Shown: positions 21,415 through 32,080, counted from the stretch's first letter. The stretch: 64,000 nucleotides of DNA from Acutalibacteraceae bacterium (GCA_045637705.1 JAZTZY010000013.1:11154-75153); one strand, 5' to 3'. Made by a program: numbers and translations. Notes: generated by a model from the sequence alone, not told the origin.

Positions 21415-22373
21415 AAAATCTGACATTTGCCGATATTAACGGCGCTGACTTCAGACTTTATAAAAATAACCCCGTTATTCACAATCCTATATTCAGCAAT
21501 GTTGCTGCTGACCCGAGTGTTATCACACCCGACTTTTCTCACGACGGCAAGTGGCATCTGTTTTGTCATACTATGTACGGTGTATACCGTTATGAGAGCG
21601 GTGACGGTATCAGCTTTAATAATACCGGCAGGATAGTAAACCGTGCTATGAGACCCGACATCAATATCATCGACGGCAGATATTATCTTTTTTATGAGAG
21701 AACAAAGCCTCTTATCGGCAATGCACTTGCTTTGGTCGGCGGCAAATGGAAAAGTGAAATCTACTGCACAGAGTCAACCGACTTGAAAACCTGGACAAAG
21801 CCTCACTGTGTCATTGCCCATACAAGAGATTTTGAGGTTGACGAAAAAGGTCAGGCAATTTCAAATCCTTTCCTTATTGAAAAAGACGGCGGGTACAGAC
21901 TCTATTATTCCTGTGGTCAGACTTTCATCAAAGATTGCGGCTTCTGTGAGCCGACACATATTTCATATGCCGAGAGCAAAGCTATTTCAAAGGGTTACAC
22001 TTCCCGTACCGAGCCTATTATCAGCCCTGATAAAAACAACAAATATCTCAATCTCTGCTCAGGCTGCATCAAGGTCTATAAGCTCAAAGACTGTTACATA
22101 GGTCTGCAAAACGGCATATATGAAGACGGCGGCAAGAGTCATTCTGCTATTATGCTTCTTAAATCAGACGACGGAGAAAACTTCGAGTTTGTTAAGCCTT
22201 TCCTTGTGCCTCAGATGTGCGGCGACAACAACTGGATGGCTCAGTTTGTCTATGCCTGCTGTCTGACATATTATGAGGGCAAACTCAGACTTTATTTCAA
22301 TGCCCGTAATGTTGCGAATCCTATTATGGGAAGAGAAAGCATCGGTATATACGAAGCCGATTTAATTAAATAA
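21411..22373 (+). CDS. Glycoside-hydrolase-like beta-propeller protein (GH43/GH130-like)
   Basis: AADPSVITPDFSHDGKWHLFCH and DGRYYLFYE motifs are typical of five-bladed propeller glycosidases. Overlaps the GNAT stop. Confidence 0.45.
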   Translation: MKNLTFADINGADFRLYKNNPVIHNPIFSNVAADPSVITPDFSHDGKWHLFCHTMYGVYRYESGDGISFNNTGRIVNRAMRPDINIIDGRYYLFYERTKPLIGNALALVGGKWKSEIYCTESTDLKTWTKPHCVIAHTRDFEVDEKGQAISNPFLIEKDGGYRLYYSCGQTFIKDCGFCEPTHISYAESKAISKGYTSRTEPIISPDKNNKYLNLCSGCIKVYKLKDCYIGLQNGIYEDGGKSHSAIMLLKSDDGENFEFVKPFLVPQMCGDNNWMAQFVYACCLTYYEGKLRLYFNARNVANPIMGRESIGIYEADLIK

Positions 22374-22495
22374 TTCACCGTTTCCGGCAATTTAGCAGTG
22401 TCTATTTTGCCGGATTTATCATTTATTTCCGCCTGTGAATAAGATAGAATATAGTCGTAACATCAGGTTACATATCATTTTCAAGGAGGAAAACA

Positions 22496-22720
22496 ATGTT
22501 TGAAATCTTAGTTACCCTTTTATCTTTGTGGCTGTTTTTCGGTGCCGTGAAGCTTGCGTTCAGGTTAACCTGGGGAGCCACTAAAATTGTAGCTTCGGTT
22601 TTATTGGGTATTGCAGTGCCGGTGATGATACTTTGCCTTGTTTTTGCAGGCGGTGCTGTGATACTCATTCCTGCACTGCTTATAGGCGGAGCCTTCGCAA
22701 TGCTGAAAAAATGTGCATAA
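22496..22720 (+). CDS. Small two-TM membrane protein
   Basis: AGGAGG RBS, 74 aa, two hydrophobic helices. Confidence 0.5.
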   Translation: MFEILVTLLSLWLFFGAVKLAFRLTWGATKIVASVLLGIAVPVMILCLVFAGGAVILIPALLIGGAFAMLKKCA

Positions 22721-22721
22721 C

Positions 22722-22812
22722 TGAGGGCGGGGCTCCGTGAAGCTGTCACAAGTGACAGCTTCAGCCGGTGCCGCAGGCACCGGCGCGCCGTAAACGGCGA
22801 CGGAGCCCCCAC
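22722..22812. repeat. GC-rich structured element E6
   Basis: Outer ggggctccgt/acggagcccc. Inner gaagctgtcac-aa-gtgacagcttc, gccggtgcc-gca-ggcaccggc, cgccg-taaa-cggcg. Confidence 0.65.
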
Positions 22813-22899
22813 TCACTTTTTGCAGGAACTAAAAAAGATAAACATAAATACCGCTGCACAGCTCGATGCTGTGCAGCGGTATCTTTCAGTTGAGATGTT

Positions 22900-25638
22900 T
22901 TATTTTGTGTGAAGTCTGATAACAGTTGCGCTGAACTGAGGAATGGTGTAGTTGAACTGACTTGCAAAGCCGTCAACTGTGAATTCTTTCATTATGCAGG
23001 CTTCTTTTGCACCGAGATAGTTGTCGTTTCCGAGAGAGTCACCTGCAACCTGAGCAACATAAGCCTCTGAGTCAACGTCGGCACCATTAAGGTCAACAGC
23101 TACAACTCTGTCTGAATCAGTTCTGTTGACAAGCTTGATGATAATATCGCTTGTTTCTTCGTCGGTGGAAACAACGTGATAGCACTCGGCATTTGTATTT
23201 TCGTTGGGATTATATTCAAACTGCAATTCACCGTCAATATAACCCTTGATGATATAATCGGTTACTTCGATTTTTATATTGTATGTTCTGCCGGTTTCAA
23301 CAGTGAAATCAGTTGTTGTTTCGTGTATTGCCTCACTCTTGACGCCGTTTTCAACTCTCTGAAGGGCTGTCTTTGTGTTACCCCAACCGCCGATATTCCA
23401 GAAGAACATATTGTTTTCATCTTCATAAAGGAAAGGAATCAGGAAACCTTCGCCGCCGTCTGTTTTGGTAGCTTCAAAGGTGTAGGTGTAATCTGACCAG
23501 TCTTCATCGCCGAAAACTGATATAGCACCGAGGGGATTATAAGCATGCCATGTGTTATTCTGCTGAAGCTTGCCGCCTTTGATTTTCCAATCGCCTTCGG
23601 AAATCTTCTGCCAGTTCCACCAGAAGTTAGTGGGCAGTGTGAATTTATCGCTTCTGAGTACTCTGCCGTTTTTGTTGCTGACAACTTTAATGTTATCAAA
23701 CTCAGCTGCAGTCCACCATGTGCCGAGACCAACCTTGCCCTTGAGGGGTTCTGCTTCCATTTCAGCACCCTTTAAGTCTGAGTAAATGAGAGTGTCACCG
23801 CCGTTATTTGAGAAGAGCTTTTGCATATAGTAGTTGATTGAACCTGTTGAAAGGTGGTTGTTGAACCAGATAAGGTCAGGCGCCCAGTGAGTAGCTGTAA
23901 GGTTGCCGAAAAGGGGAGCATAAGCTGCCATAACAACAATGTCACCGTTTCTCTCGAGACCTGTCATATATGCCGCCTCAGCAAGAGCTGCTTCGAGTCT
24001 GTTTGAGCGTGCTGCATATTCACCGACGAAAACCTTGATAGCACCGCCGTAGTGACTGTCTGTCATTGTCTCAACATCGCGTGAGTAGTTCTCTTCGTCA
24101 TAGTGGTCTGTGTTTTTAAAGAACCAATCAGGTTCGTTATAATAGTGGTGGTCAGTTGCACCTGCAAATTCGTCAACGGTCATACCGTTTTCTTTTATGC
24201 AATCCTTGGCATATTCATATGATGCGAAATAGTTCTGACCGCTTGTTGCGTCGTCTACGCCTGAGGAATAAATCAGTTCAAGGTCTTTATATAATTCGGG
24301 ATTATTTTTCTTGGCTTCGTTGAAGCTCTCAAGGAAGATTTCATATCTCTCGAAATAAACCTGACCCTCCTGCTCGTTGCCGATGCAGATATATTTCAGG
24401 TCAAAGGGTTCTTTGTGACCGAGTGAAACTCTCACCTTGCCCCAAGTAGTGTTTTCGTCGCCTCTGCAGAATTCTACCAGGTCGTGCATATCCTGAACAT
24501 ACTGCTTGAATTCATCGGAGTTTATATCGACTCCGCCTTTGCCTCTCATCTGACAGTTGATACCGCAGTTGATTACGGGCACGCCGATAGCACCGATATC
24601 CTCTGCGAGCTGGAAGTATTCAAAGAATCCGAGACCGTAGCTCATATAGCTTGGCTGAGGGTCTTCTGTTGCTTCGGGGTTAGTCCAGAGATTTACTGCA
24701 TATTTTCTGGCTGCCACATCACCGTATCTGCCGTTGAATTCCAAAGGTAAACCGTCTCTGCCTGTGCCGATTGAATCTTTCCAGTTGTAGGCACTCTCAT
24801 AGTCCCAACCCTCGATGATGCAACCGCCGGGGAAGCGAAGGAAAGCAGGGGAGAGGTCTTCGAGCTTTTGGGCAAGGTCAATTCTCATACCGTGACCCTT
24901 GTATGTCTCAGGGAAAAGAGAAATCATATCAAGAGCAACCGTGCCCTTTTCTGTGAGCACCTGAAGATAAACATTTGCGTCGGCAGTTTTATCTGAGGTG
25001 ATAACTGTTTCATATTTTGCCCACTCATCGGTGATTGCATCAATTGTTGCTTCGCCTGCGATTTTGTCACCGACAACGAGTCTTACAGTGAGTTTTCCGC
25101 TGTAACCGTCAACAGCCTTAGCATAAACCGAGAAGTCATATTCTTCACCCTCTGTTATTGCCATACCCTCAAGGAAGCCTTTGTTGGCTATGCCCTGAAG
25201 AGAATCGGAGGTGTTTGTCATAAGAAGATAGTTGGGATTGTTTTCATTGAGTGAGCCGTCATTTTTGATTACCTTAAGCTCGGATGTACCGACTTTGCTG
25301 TAGCCGTGAAGTTCATCGTCTGTTGCAATAACGCCGTATTCAAATGAGCGGTTTATAACCTTTTCGGCATAAAGACCGCCGTCGGCTGCAAAGTTGATAT
25401 CTTCAAAGAATATGCCGTAAAGCAAATCACTTATGTCGTGAATTTCATCTGTGGGGTCAACATTCAATATGTAGTCCGCCACTGTATCAGCGCTGTTATA
25501 AGGTGTTACGGTGTTTTCCTCGGGGCGTGATGTTATTTTGTCGGCAGTGTCCCCGCCACCGAAAATTGAAAGTGAAGCAAGGACAGACATTATAATTGCC
25601 ATTGCTTTTTTGAGAAAAGAGTTAAGTTTCTGTTGCAT
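22900..25638 (-). CDS. Secreted alpha-L-arabinofuranosidase (GH51-like) with N-terminal CBM and C-terminal accessory domain
   Basis: Signal peptide. DISDLLYGIFFEDINFAADGGLYAEKVINRSFE resembles the GH51 N-terminus. Clan GH-A catalytic core, 912 aa. Confidence 0.75.
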   Translation of the reverse strand: MQQKLNSFLKKAMAIIMSVLASLSIFGGGDTADKITSRPEENTVTPYNSADTVADYILNVDPTDEIHDISDLLYGIFFEDINFAADGGLYAEKVINRSFEYGVIATDDELHGYSKVGTSELKVIKNDGSLNENNPNYLLMTNTSDSLQGIANKGFLEGMAITEGEEYDFSVYAKAVDGYSGKLTVRLVVGDKIAGEATIDAITDEWAKYETVITSDKTADANVYLQVLTEKGTVALDMISLFPETYKGHGMRIDLAQKLEDLSPAFLRFPGGCIIEGWDYESAYNWKDSIGTGRDGLPLEFNGRYGDVAARKYAVNLWTNPEATEDPQPSYMSYGLGFFEYFQLAEDIGAIGVPVINCGINCQMRGKGGVDINSDEFKQYVQDMHDLVEFCRGDENTTWGKVRVSLGHKEPFDLKYICIGNEQEGQVYFERYEIFLESFNEAKKNNPELYKDLELIYSSGVDDATSGQNYFASYEYAKDCIKENGMTVDEFAGATDHHYYNEPDWFFKNTDHYDEENYSRDVETMTDSHYGGAIKVFVGEYAARSNRLEAALAEAAYMTGLERNGDIVVMAAYAPLFGNLTATHWAPDLIWFNNHLSTGSINYYMQKLFSNNGGDTLIYSDLKGAEMEAEPLKGKVGLGTWWTAAEFDNIKVVSNKNGRVLRSDKFTLPTNFWWNWQKISEGDWKIKGGKLQQNNTWHAYNPLGAISVFGDEDWSDYTYTFEATKTDGGEGFLIPFLYEDENNMFFWNIGGWGNTKTALQRVENGVKSEAIHETTTDFTVETGRTYNIKIEVTDYIIKGYIDGELQFEYNPNENTNAECYHVVSTDEETSDIIIKLVNRTDSDRVVAVDLNGADVDSEAYVAQVAGDSLGNDNYLGAKEACIMKEFTVDGFASQFNYTIPQFSATVIRLHTK

Positions 25639-25650
25639 ATTATCCTCCCG

Positions 25651-28092
25651 TTATGAAAGTGCGTTTATAGTGATTTCAGCAATCTGAGGTGCGAATGCTT
25701 CCATATTGTGGAATTTGTAATTTCCGCTGTTTGTCAGAGTGATCAGATTGTCGCCCTCTTTAAGACTGAGATTGAAAGTCATAGTTTTGTATGTATACTT
25801 GCTGTAGGTGTTGCGGGTGAAAATATCCTGGCTTTCATCGCCGACAGTTACTGTCATATATCTTTCGATAAGGTCGACGTTATAGTCGTGGTAACCGCCC
25901 TCGGAGTTGTTCGCATAAAGGACAGTGACTCTGTAATCTCCGTCTGCAGGTACATTTACATTAAATTCAGCCTTGCCGCCAAGGTCTGAGATGTTGTCAA
26001 TATATTTAACACCGTATTTGTCTGTGAAGAGTTCAGCCTTGCCGCTGAGAGTGATATCCTCAGCTTTTATAGTTTTGGTGAAAGCCTTGGCAGTGACTTT
26101 AAACAGACGAAGTTCACCGCCGAAGCTTATTTCGTTAAGTCCTCGTCTGAGATAGACTATATCTCCTTTTTGTACACTGCCGATTGCACCGTCGACGCTG
26201 ATTTCACCTGAATAGTCTGTATAAATCTCATAATATCCGTCATTAGGAGCAACTGCGTAATATCTGTTGTCACCGTCACGGAGAACGGGAATTTCATAAG
26301 CCTCTTCATATGGTGAAACGAGCATACTGTCAAGGACATAAGTGCCCTCGCAGTTATAAAACTCGATAGTGTGAATGCCCGTTGAAAGAGTTTTTCTGAT
26401 AGTTTTGCTTGTTGTATATTCGCTCTTGACTGTGTTTTCAAGGCTGATGATTTCTTCTTTGCCGTCAAGCTTCATTCTGACCTTTGCATAATCTCTGCCC
26501 TGAGGAATTCCCGAGTCATTGTGTTTGCCGAAAATAATGTCGAGGTCATAGAGACCGCCTTTGTTTACGGTGAAGGTAAGCTTAACGCCGTCGCCGTCTT
26601 TTTCCATACCGCCGACCATACCTTTCAGCTCACCTGTTGTTGCGTACCAGCTGTCATAGGTATAGGCGTCGCCCTTGAGTCTGCCATTTTCAAATTCATA
26701 TCGCTTTGGAATGTTGGTGTTTCTGATTATCTGCGCATTCTCATCTTTGGGTGAAACAGTCACAAAATAAACTGCATCCTTATCTGTGCCGGGCACTGTG
26801 ATATTGAGATTGCCTGATGTGACCTTTGCATTATACTGTCTTAAAAGTGTGGGAGCCGATACTATACCTGTAAGACCCTCGTAGTATACAGATTCAATCT
26901 TAACTGTGACATTTTCATTCAGGAGTGTATCATCGAGATTTCTGACTTTGACATTGAAGCTCTTGTCACTGCCCGTGATAATCATATTGACAGTGTCGCT
27001 GTTTTGTGTGAGAGTTGCAAAGCCGTCAAGTCTGTCTTTGGGCTCATATTTATTCTGAGTTTTGCTATTAACGGCAAGTCTTTGCTGACCCTTCATTTCG
27101 GCATATCTGCGATAAAGCCACCAGTTTGAGTTGGGTGAGTTGTCATCGGCTGTGGTATCGTTGAGATTGTTGCTCAGTCGCCAATAAGCCATATTGCCGT
27201 AAATGCCGGTCTTTTCCATAGCGATAATATAATGAAGCATAGCAGCCGGGTTGCCGCATTCTTCGGGTTCGCCGTATTCTGTTACAATAATGGGAAGCTC
27301 AGCTATGCCGCATTCTTTCTCGATTCTGCGGTAATCTTCATAGTGAAGATGCCAATCGGGAATTGACCAATAAGCGAGCTCGTGCCATATCATTATTTCG
27401 GGAACGCAGTTGTTTTCGGCAGTGTACTGCATAAAGCCGGTGATTTTGCTTGTCTCATAGTCGCAGAAGCCGGGGCCGCCTATTTTTGCATCGGGAGCCA
27501 TTGATTTGATGAAATCATATGTGATTTTCCAGGCCTCATAGAAATTCTGTCTGCCGATTTCGTCGTAGTGCACATTTCCGTCGATATAGTTGCCGAACCA
27601 GATTGCGTTGTCGCATTCATTAAAGATGCAGTATACAAGGCGATCTTTGTAGGCTTGAGCTTCCAGGTGTTTTACCTTTTCTTCCACAATGGGGAGATAT
27701 CTCTCATAGAGGAATTCTTTCCAATCATATGTACCCTCGGCTCTCATATCCATTATTTCTTTGTGGCAGTAATACCAGGTATCAAAGCTGTCCTGAAGAT
27801 AAGCCACGATATAATCGCAACTGTCAAGCTGGTCTTTGATGTGGTCGATATCGCCTGTGGGGTGCTGAAGTCCGTCGGGAACTTTCTGAGAGACGGAGCT
27901 TATTTTAAGTGCGTTTGTTATAGCTGATGAGGGCACTTCCTTTTCGGCAAGACCGTAAAGAAAACCTGTTGCTCTTGTGGTGCTCTCGCCGAGAATATCT
28001 GAGGCATCAACTGTCAGTGCAGGCTGAAATGCCGCAGGCACTGACTCGAAAAGAATTATAAGGGTAATTAAAAAACCGATAATTTTAGTCAT
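25651..28092 (-). CDS. Secreted clan GH-A (TIM-barrel) glycoside hydrolase with C-terminal beta-sandwich/CBM-like domains
   Basis: Signal peptide. IFNECDN (acid/base-like NEx) and IIVTEYGEP (nucleophile-like TExG) motifs. 813 aa. Confidence 0.6.
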   Translation of the reverse strand: MTKIIGFLITLIILFESVPAAFQPALTVDASDILGESTTRATGFLYGLAEKEVPSSAITNALKISSVSQKVPDGLQHPTGDIDHIKDQLDSCDYIVAYLQDSFDTWYYCHKEIMDMRAEGTYDWKEFLYERYLPIVEEKVKHLEAQAYKDRLVYCIFNECDNAIWFGNYIDGNVHYDEIGRQNFYEAWKITYDFIKSMAPDAKIGGPGFCDYETSKITGFMQYTAENNCVPEIMIWHELAYWSIPDWHLHYEDYRRIEKECGIAELPIIVTEYGEPEECGNPAAMLHYIIAMEKTGIYGNMAYWRLSNNLNDTTADDNSPNSNWWLYRRYAEMKGQQRLAVNSKTQNKYEPKDRLDGFATLTQNSDTVNMIITGSDKSFNVKVRNLDDTLLNENVTVKIESVYYEGLTGIVSAPTLLRQYNAKVTSGNLNITVPGTDKDAVYFVTVSPKDENAQIIRNTNIPKRYEFENGRLKGDAYTYDSWYATTGELKGMVGGMEKDGDGVKLTFTVNKGGLYDLDIIFGKHNDSGIPQGRDYAKVRMKLDGKEEIISLENTVKSEYTTSKTIRKTLSTGIHTIEFYNCEGTYVLDSMLVSPYEEAYEIPVLRDGDNRYYAVAPNDGYYEIYTDYSGEISVDGAIGSVQKGDIVYLRRGLNEISFGGELRLFKVTAKAFTKTIKAEDITLSGKAELFTDKYGVKYIDNISDLGGKAEFNVNVPADGDYRVTVLYANNSEGGYHDYNVDLIERYMTVTVGDESQDIFTRNTYSKYTYKTMTFNLSLKEGDNLITLTNSGNYKFHNMEAFAPQIAEITINALS

Positions 28093-28110
28093 AACTTTTC
28101 TCCTTTGGTT

Positions 28111-29211
28111 TTACCATCTGTTTTCGACGTATTCGCAGAAAGCGAAAAGGTCTTTTATCTCAAGCTTTGTTCCGTTGTCGAGTGTCACATCGCCGTTCCA
28201 TAGGCCGTAAACCTGATTGCAGTTCATTCTTGCAATGATGCCGAGATTAAGGTCGCTGGGGTTGTTTCTTATGGGTGTCATCGTCATATTGAATCTGCCG
28301 TCTTCGGATATGATTTTCCATTCTTCCATAAATCTGCCCTTGGGGAATTTCTCAACATCAACAGCACCGATTTTGTGTACCTTGCCGTCATAGAAAAGAC
28401 AGGTCTCTGTTGCGTGGCTTTCGTCGCCTATTGCCCAGGTGATTTCAAAACCGAAGATATGATTTTTGCCCTCGGCATCAGGAAGATATGTCGCACCGCT
28501 GCCCCAATACCACACCATATGTCGGGGAGTATTCACTTTGCCCCAGTCCACAGAGCAGAAGGATGTATCTTTTGAAAATTCATATGTAAAGTCGCCGAAT
28601 CTGAAAACGCCTGATGTGGGAAGACAGTTCTGCTTGGTGGTCATAAAGTATTTGGTGTTGTCACCCTCAAAAGGCAAAACAGTTGTGATGCTTTCAAGAC
28701 CCTCGGGAATATCCATAGAGAGATTACATTCTAAAGCTTTGCCCTGATGAATCATCTTGAAATAAACAGTGCGTTCTGTTTCCATTGTATTGAAATCAAA
28801 AACCGTTGTGCCTTGTTTGCCGGTGAATCTGCCGGGGGCGTCAATTCTGTTAAGGGGCAGGAATTTGTTTGCACCTGCAAATATAACCGAACCGTCGGCG
28901 TGAACCTCGCCTGTGTGAAGGTCAATGAGACGAAGCCCCATAAAGCCGCCGATGCCGACATGGGCGAAAGAGACAAGAAGCTGTTTCTGTCCGTCGGTAA
29001 CGGTGTAGTAGTCCCACTCTTTTTTGCTGATGAGACGTTCTTTTTTGACTAAGCTTCTGTCATACTGAAAAACATTGTGTCTTGCCCAGCCTTTTGCATT
29101 GAGAGTGCCGTCGGGGTTTAAAAGGGGAGTAGGCTCAGTATATTCTGTCTGCTTTGAGGGCTCTTTCCATTCGTTAAAGGGTATGTAGGTGCGCGGAAGC
29201 TCTTTGCTCAT
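28111..29211 (-). CDS. Conserved hypothetical protein in the glycan-utilisation operon
   Basis: 366 aa, no signal peptide, co-directional and tightly spaced with the hydrolase genes. Confidence 0.5.
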   Translation of the reverse strand: MSKELPRTYIPFNEWKEPSKQTEYTEPTPLLNPDGTLNAKGWARHNVFQYDRSLVKKERLISKKEWDYYTVTDGQKQLLVSFAHVGIGGFMGLRLIDLHTGEVHADGSVIFAGANKFLPLNRIDAPGRFTGKQGTTVFDFNTMETERTVYFKMIHQGKALECNLSMDIPEGLESITTVLPFEGDNTKYFMTTKQNCLPTSGVFRFGDFTYEFSKDTSFCSVDWGKVNTPRHMVWYWGSGATYLPDAEGKNHIFGFEITWAIGDESHATETCLFYDGKVHKIGAVDVEKFPKGRFMEEWKIISEDGRFNMTMTPIRNNPSDLNLGIIARMNCNQVYGLWNGDVTLDNGTKLEIKDLFAFCEYVENRW

Positions 29212-29771
29212 TATTTAAGCTCCTTTCCGTCTGAAAATGCTTTGCCCACAACCTCGCCGATAGTGCGGTAGGTATGAGCAACGGGGTCATATGTTATAGG
29301 TATAAACTTATCAAGGGTGATTCTGCCCTTGTCGTCAAGTATGCTTTCGTCAGCGCTGATGTTGACAATTTCGCCCACAAGTCTGCAATTATCTTTGTCA
29401 TAGCTTTTAAGCTTGCACTCGAGAGTCATAGGCAGCTCTTTGAAAATCGGAGCATTGACAAAGTCGCTTTTTTCTGCAGTCCAATTACATTTCGCAATTT
29501 TATCGGGCACATCATTGCCTGAAACGATACCCACATAATCAGCTGCCGCAAGATTGTTTTTATCTGCAATGCTGACAGTGAATGCACCGGTCTTTACAAC
29601 ATTTTCGGCTGTTTTATGCTCGTCGCTGACACAGATAGAAATCTCTGTCTCTTCACTAATGCCGCCCCAGGCAGCGTTCATAGCATTGGGAACACCTTTT
29701 TCATCATAAGTACCTATAATGAGTACGGGCATAGGATAAAGGATAGCTTTTGCACCAAGGTTTTTTCTCAT
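29211..29771 (-). CDS. Flavin-reductase-like (FMN-binding split-barrel) protein
   Basis: ILYPMPVLIIGTYDEKGVPNAMNAAWGG matches the flavin-reductase-like domain. Overlaps the upstream stop. Confidence 0.75.
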   Translation of the reverse strand: MRKNLGAKAILYPMPVLIIGTYDEKGVPNAMNAAWGGISEETEISICVSDEHKTAENVVKTGAFTVSIADKNNLAAADYVGIVSGNDVPDKIAKCNWTAEKSDFVNAPIFKELPMTLECKLKSYDKDNCRLVGEIVNISADESILDDKGRITLDKFIPITYDPVAHTYRTIGEVVGKAFSDGKELK

Positions 29772-29950
29772 ATCAAATTCTCCTTATTGTTGTATCCTTT
29801 ATTTTAACACAGATGTTTTTAATTTGCAATTAAACTTCTGTTCAAATATATAAAAATTTCTCTTGTAAAAAAAATAGTTTTGTTGTATAATTAAAAAAAT
29901 ATGCAAATTGCAGACGATGTTCATATATAAAAGTGAAAGAAGGAATATTA

Positions 29951-31057
29951 ATGTTGACTCCCGAAATTAAAACAGCTTTTGAATCTTTTGGCGACCTTGG
30001 AGAAATTGTAAGCGTTCAGCAGATTACTGCAGGTCTTATCAATGCTACATATCTTATTGAAACCGACAAGGCAGAAAAATATATCCTGCAGAAAATCAAT
30101 ACTTTTGTTTTCAAGAACCCTGCCGAGCTTATGGAAAATATCGTGGGTGTTACAAAATATCTCGCGGCAAGCATTGAAAAAGACGGCGGTGACTCCAAAC
30201 GCGGTACCCTTAACTTTGTTAAAAACAGCAACGGAAAGTTCTTCTATACAGATGAAAACGGCGGAGCCTGGAGAATGTATTACTATGTTGACGATGCATT
30301 CACATACAATAAGGCTGAAAGCAGTGAAAACTTAAAGAGTGCAGGTGAATCCTTCGGCCGTTTTATGAAGCTTCTTGCAGGTTATCCTGCTGACACTCTT
30401 CACGAGACTATTGTCAATTTCCACAATACCCCCTCAAGATATCAGGACTTCCTTAAGGCAGTTGAAGCTGATGTCAAGGGCAGAAGAGCTGAAGTGGAAG
30501 CTGAAATCAAGTTTGTTACAGACAGAGAGGCTGACACAAGAAAGCTCACAGACCTTCTCGCTAAGGGTGAGATTCCCCTGAGAGTTACTCATAATGATAC
30601 AAAGCTCAACAATGTTCTTTTTGACAAAGACTCAAAAAAGAGCATCTGCGTTATTGACCTTGACACTATTATGCCCGGTCTTGCAGGCTATGACTTCGGC
30701 GACAGCATCCGTTCAGGTGCAAATGCTGCAAACGAAGACGAGGCAGATTTATCCAAGGTTTATGTTAACTTTGATTTTTATGAGAGCTATGTTGACGGGT
30801 ACCTCAGTCAGACAGCCGACAGCCTCAATGATAAAGAAATCGAAAACCTTGCATTCTCAGCTAAGCTTATGACCTTTGAATGCGGTATGAGATTCCTTAC
30901 AGACTATCTCAACGGTGACGTATATTTCAGAACAACTTATCCCGAGCACAATATCGTCAGAGCAAGAAATCAGTTCAAGCTTATCGAAGATATGGAAAAC
31001 AATATGGATAAGATGCAGGCCATCGTAATGAAATATAAAGAAAAATATACTAAATAA
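29951..31057 (+). CDS. Phosphotransferase of the APH/choline-kinase fold (N-acetylhexosamine-1-kinase-like)
   Basis: Catalytic loop HNDTKLNNVLFD and Mg-binding VIDLDT, about 369 aa. ATG at 29951 follows the RBS GAAAGAAGG. Confidence 0.65.
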   Translation: MLTPEIKTAFESFGDLGEIVSVQQITAGLINATYLIETDKAEKYILQKINTFVFKNPAELMENIVGVTKYLAASIEKDGGDSKRGTLNFVKNSNGKFFYTDENGGAWRMYYYVDDAFTYNKAESSENLKSAGESFGRFMKLLAGYPADTLHETIVNFHNTPSRYQDFLKAVEADVKGRRAEVEAEIKFVTDREADTRKLTDLLAKGEIPLRVTHNDTKLNNVLFDKDSKKSICVIDLDTIMPGLAGYDFGDSIRSGANAANEDEADLSKVYVNFDFYESYVDGYLSQTADSLNDKEIENLAFSAKLMTFECGMRFLTDYLNGDVYFRTTYPEHNIVRARNQFKLIEDMENNMDKMQAIVMKYKEKYTK

Positions 31058-31110
31058 AAAAGTCAGGAGCAGTTCCTACGCCTCGGCGTAATTGAACTGC
31101 TCCGTTAATT

Positions 31111-31845
31111 TTAGTTGCCGCAATAATTTCCGATTGTGCTTCTGATAAACTCAGCAGTGCCGTCACCGTGTTTATCGATATTGTTTCTGAATCTCTCGTC
31201 CAGAACATACATTTCACCGAGCCCTCTGAGAATATCTTTTGTGCAGTTATAAAAATTATCGGTGATAAATTTCTGAAGCTTTTCTGCAAGTGCCAGTGCC
31301 TCGTCGTTTTCACAAGACACTCCCTTTTTCATAGCCCGGGCAAATTCACCCATTATGCTGTCAAGACCGTCGGTTGCACTCTGCCACTTGTCTGCCGTGT
31401 ACCCTGCCGTTTTTTTCTGAGATTGCTTATAGGCTTCGGTGCCGCCCCATTTTTCTCTGACTTCTTTTTCATATTCTTTTCTTTTGTTTTCGTAATCGTT
31501 ATTTTTGAATGATGCCATATCAATTTCGCCTTTCTCTGCTTTTTCCAGAGAATCAATAAGCTTCTCCAGGTGTTGTTTTTTGCATATAAGAAGCTCTTTC
31601 TGTTTGCGGAAAGCTTCTTTTTTATTATAATCGGGGGAGGAAAGAATATCTCTGATATCTTTAAGTGAAAAGTCAAGCTCTCTGAGAAACATAATCTCAA
31701 ACATTCTCTGAGCACAGGTGTCGTCATAGTAACGGTATGAGTTGCCCGGGTCTGTAAAAGCCGGCTTGAGAAGACCTGTCTGGTCATAATAATGCAAAGT
31801 TCTGACGCTGACACCGAAAAGATCTGCAAATTCTTTTATGTGCAT
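31111..31845 (-). CDS. MerR-family transcriptional regulator (TipAS-like C-terminus)
   Basis: HIKEFADLFGVSVRTLHYYDQTGLLKP MerR HTH. Start at 31845 follows the RBS (rc of CCTCACCTC). Confidence 0.8.
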   Translation of the reverse strand: MHIKEFADLFGVSVRTLHYYDQTGLLKPAFTDPGNSYRYYDDTCAQRMFEIMFLRELDFSLKDIRDILSSPDYNKKEAFRKQKELLICKKQHLEKLIDSLEKAEKGEIDMASFKNNDYENKRKEYEKEVREKWGGTEAYKQSQKKTAGYTADKWQSATDGLDSIMGEFARAMKKGVSCENDEALALAEKLQKFITDNFYNCTKDILRGLGEMYVLDERFRNNIDKHGDGTAEFIRSTIGNYCGN

Positions 31846-32080
31846 TTTCATTTTCCTCACCTCATTTATACTATATACTATGACGCAAGGTCAGAGTCAA
31901 GTCTTTATAAAATATTTTCTTGTTTTTTTCGGCAGAGTACCTGTGACACATAAATAACACATTGTGTTTATAAAAATCTAAAATTCAATTTTTATTAAAA
32001 TAGTTGACTTTTCTTTTACGATTAACTATAATGTAAGCATAAGACGGCAGTACTATGCCAATTTTAAGGAGGAAATTCCA

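Noticed and set aside
22468-22976. Three minus-strand ORFs (22468..22812, 22601..22816, 22761..22976) over the small membrane protein gene, element E6 and the GH51 terminator
   Set aside because: They are antisense to a gene with a strong RBS, or run through the GC-rich repeat and terminator. No translation signals.
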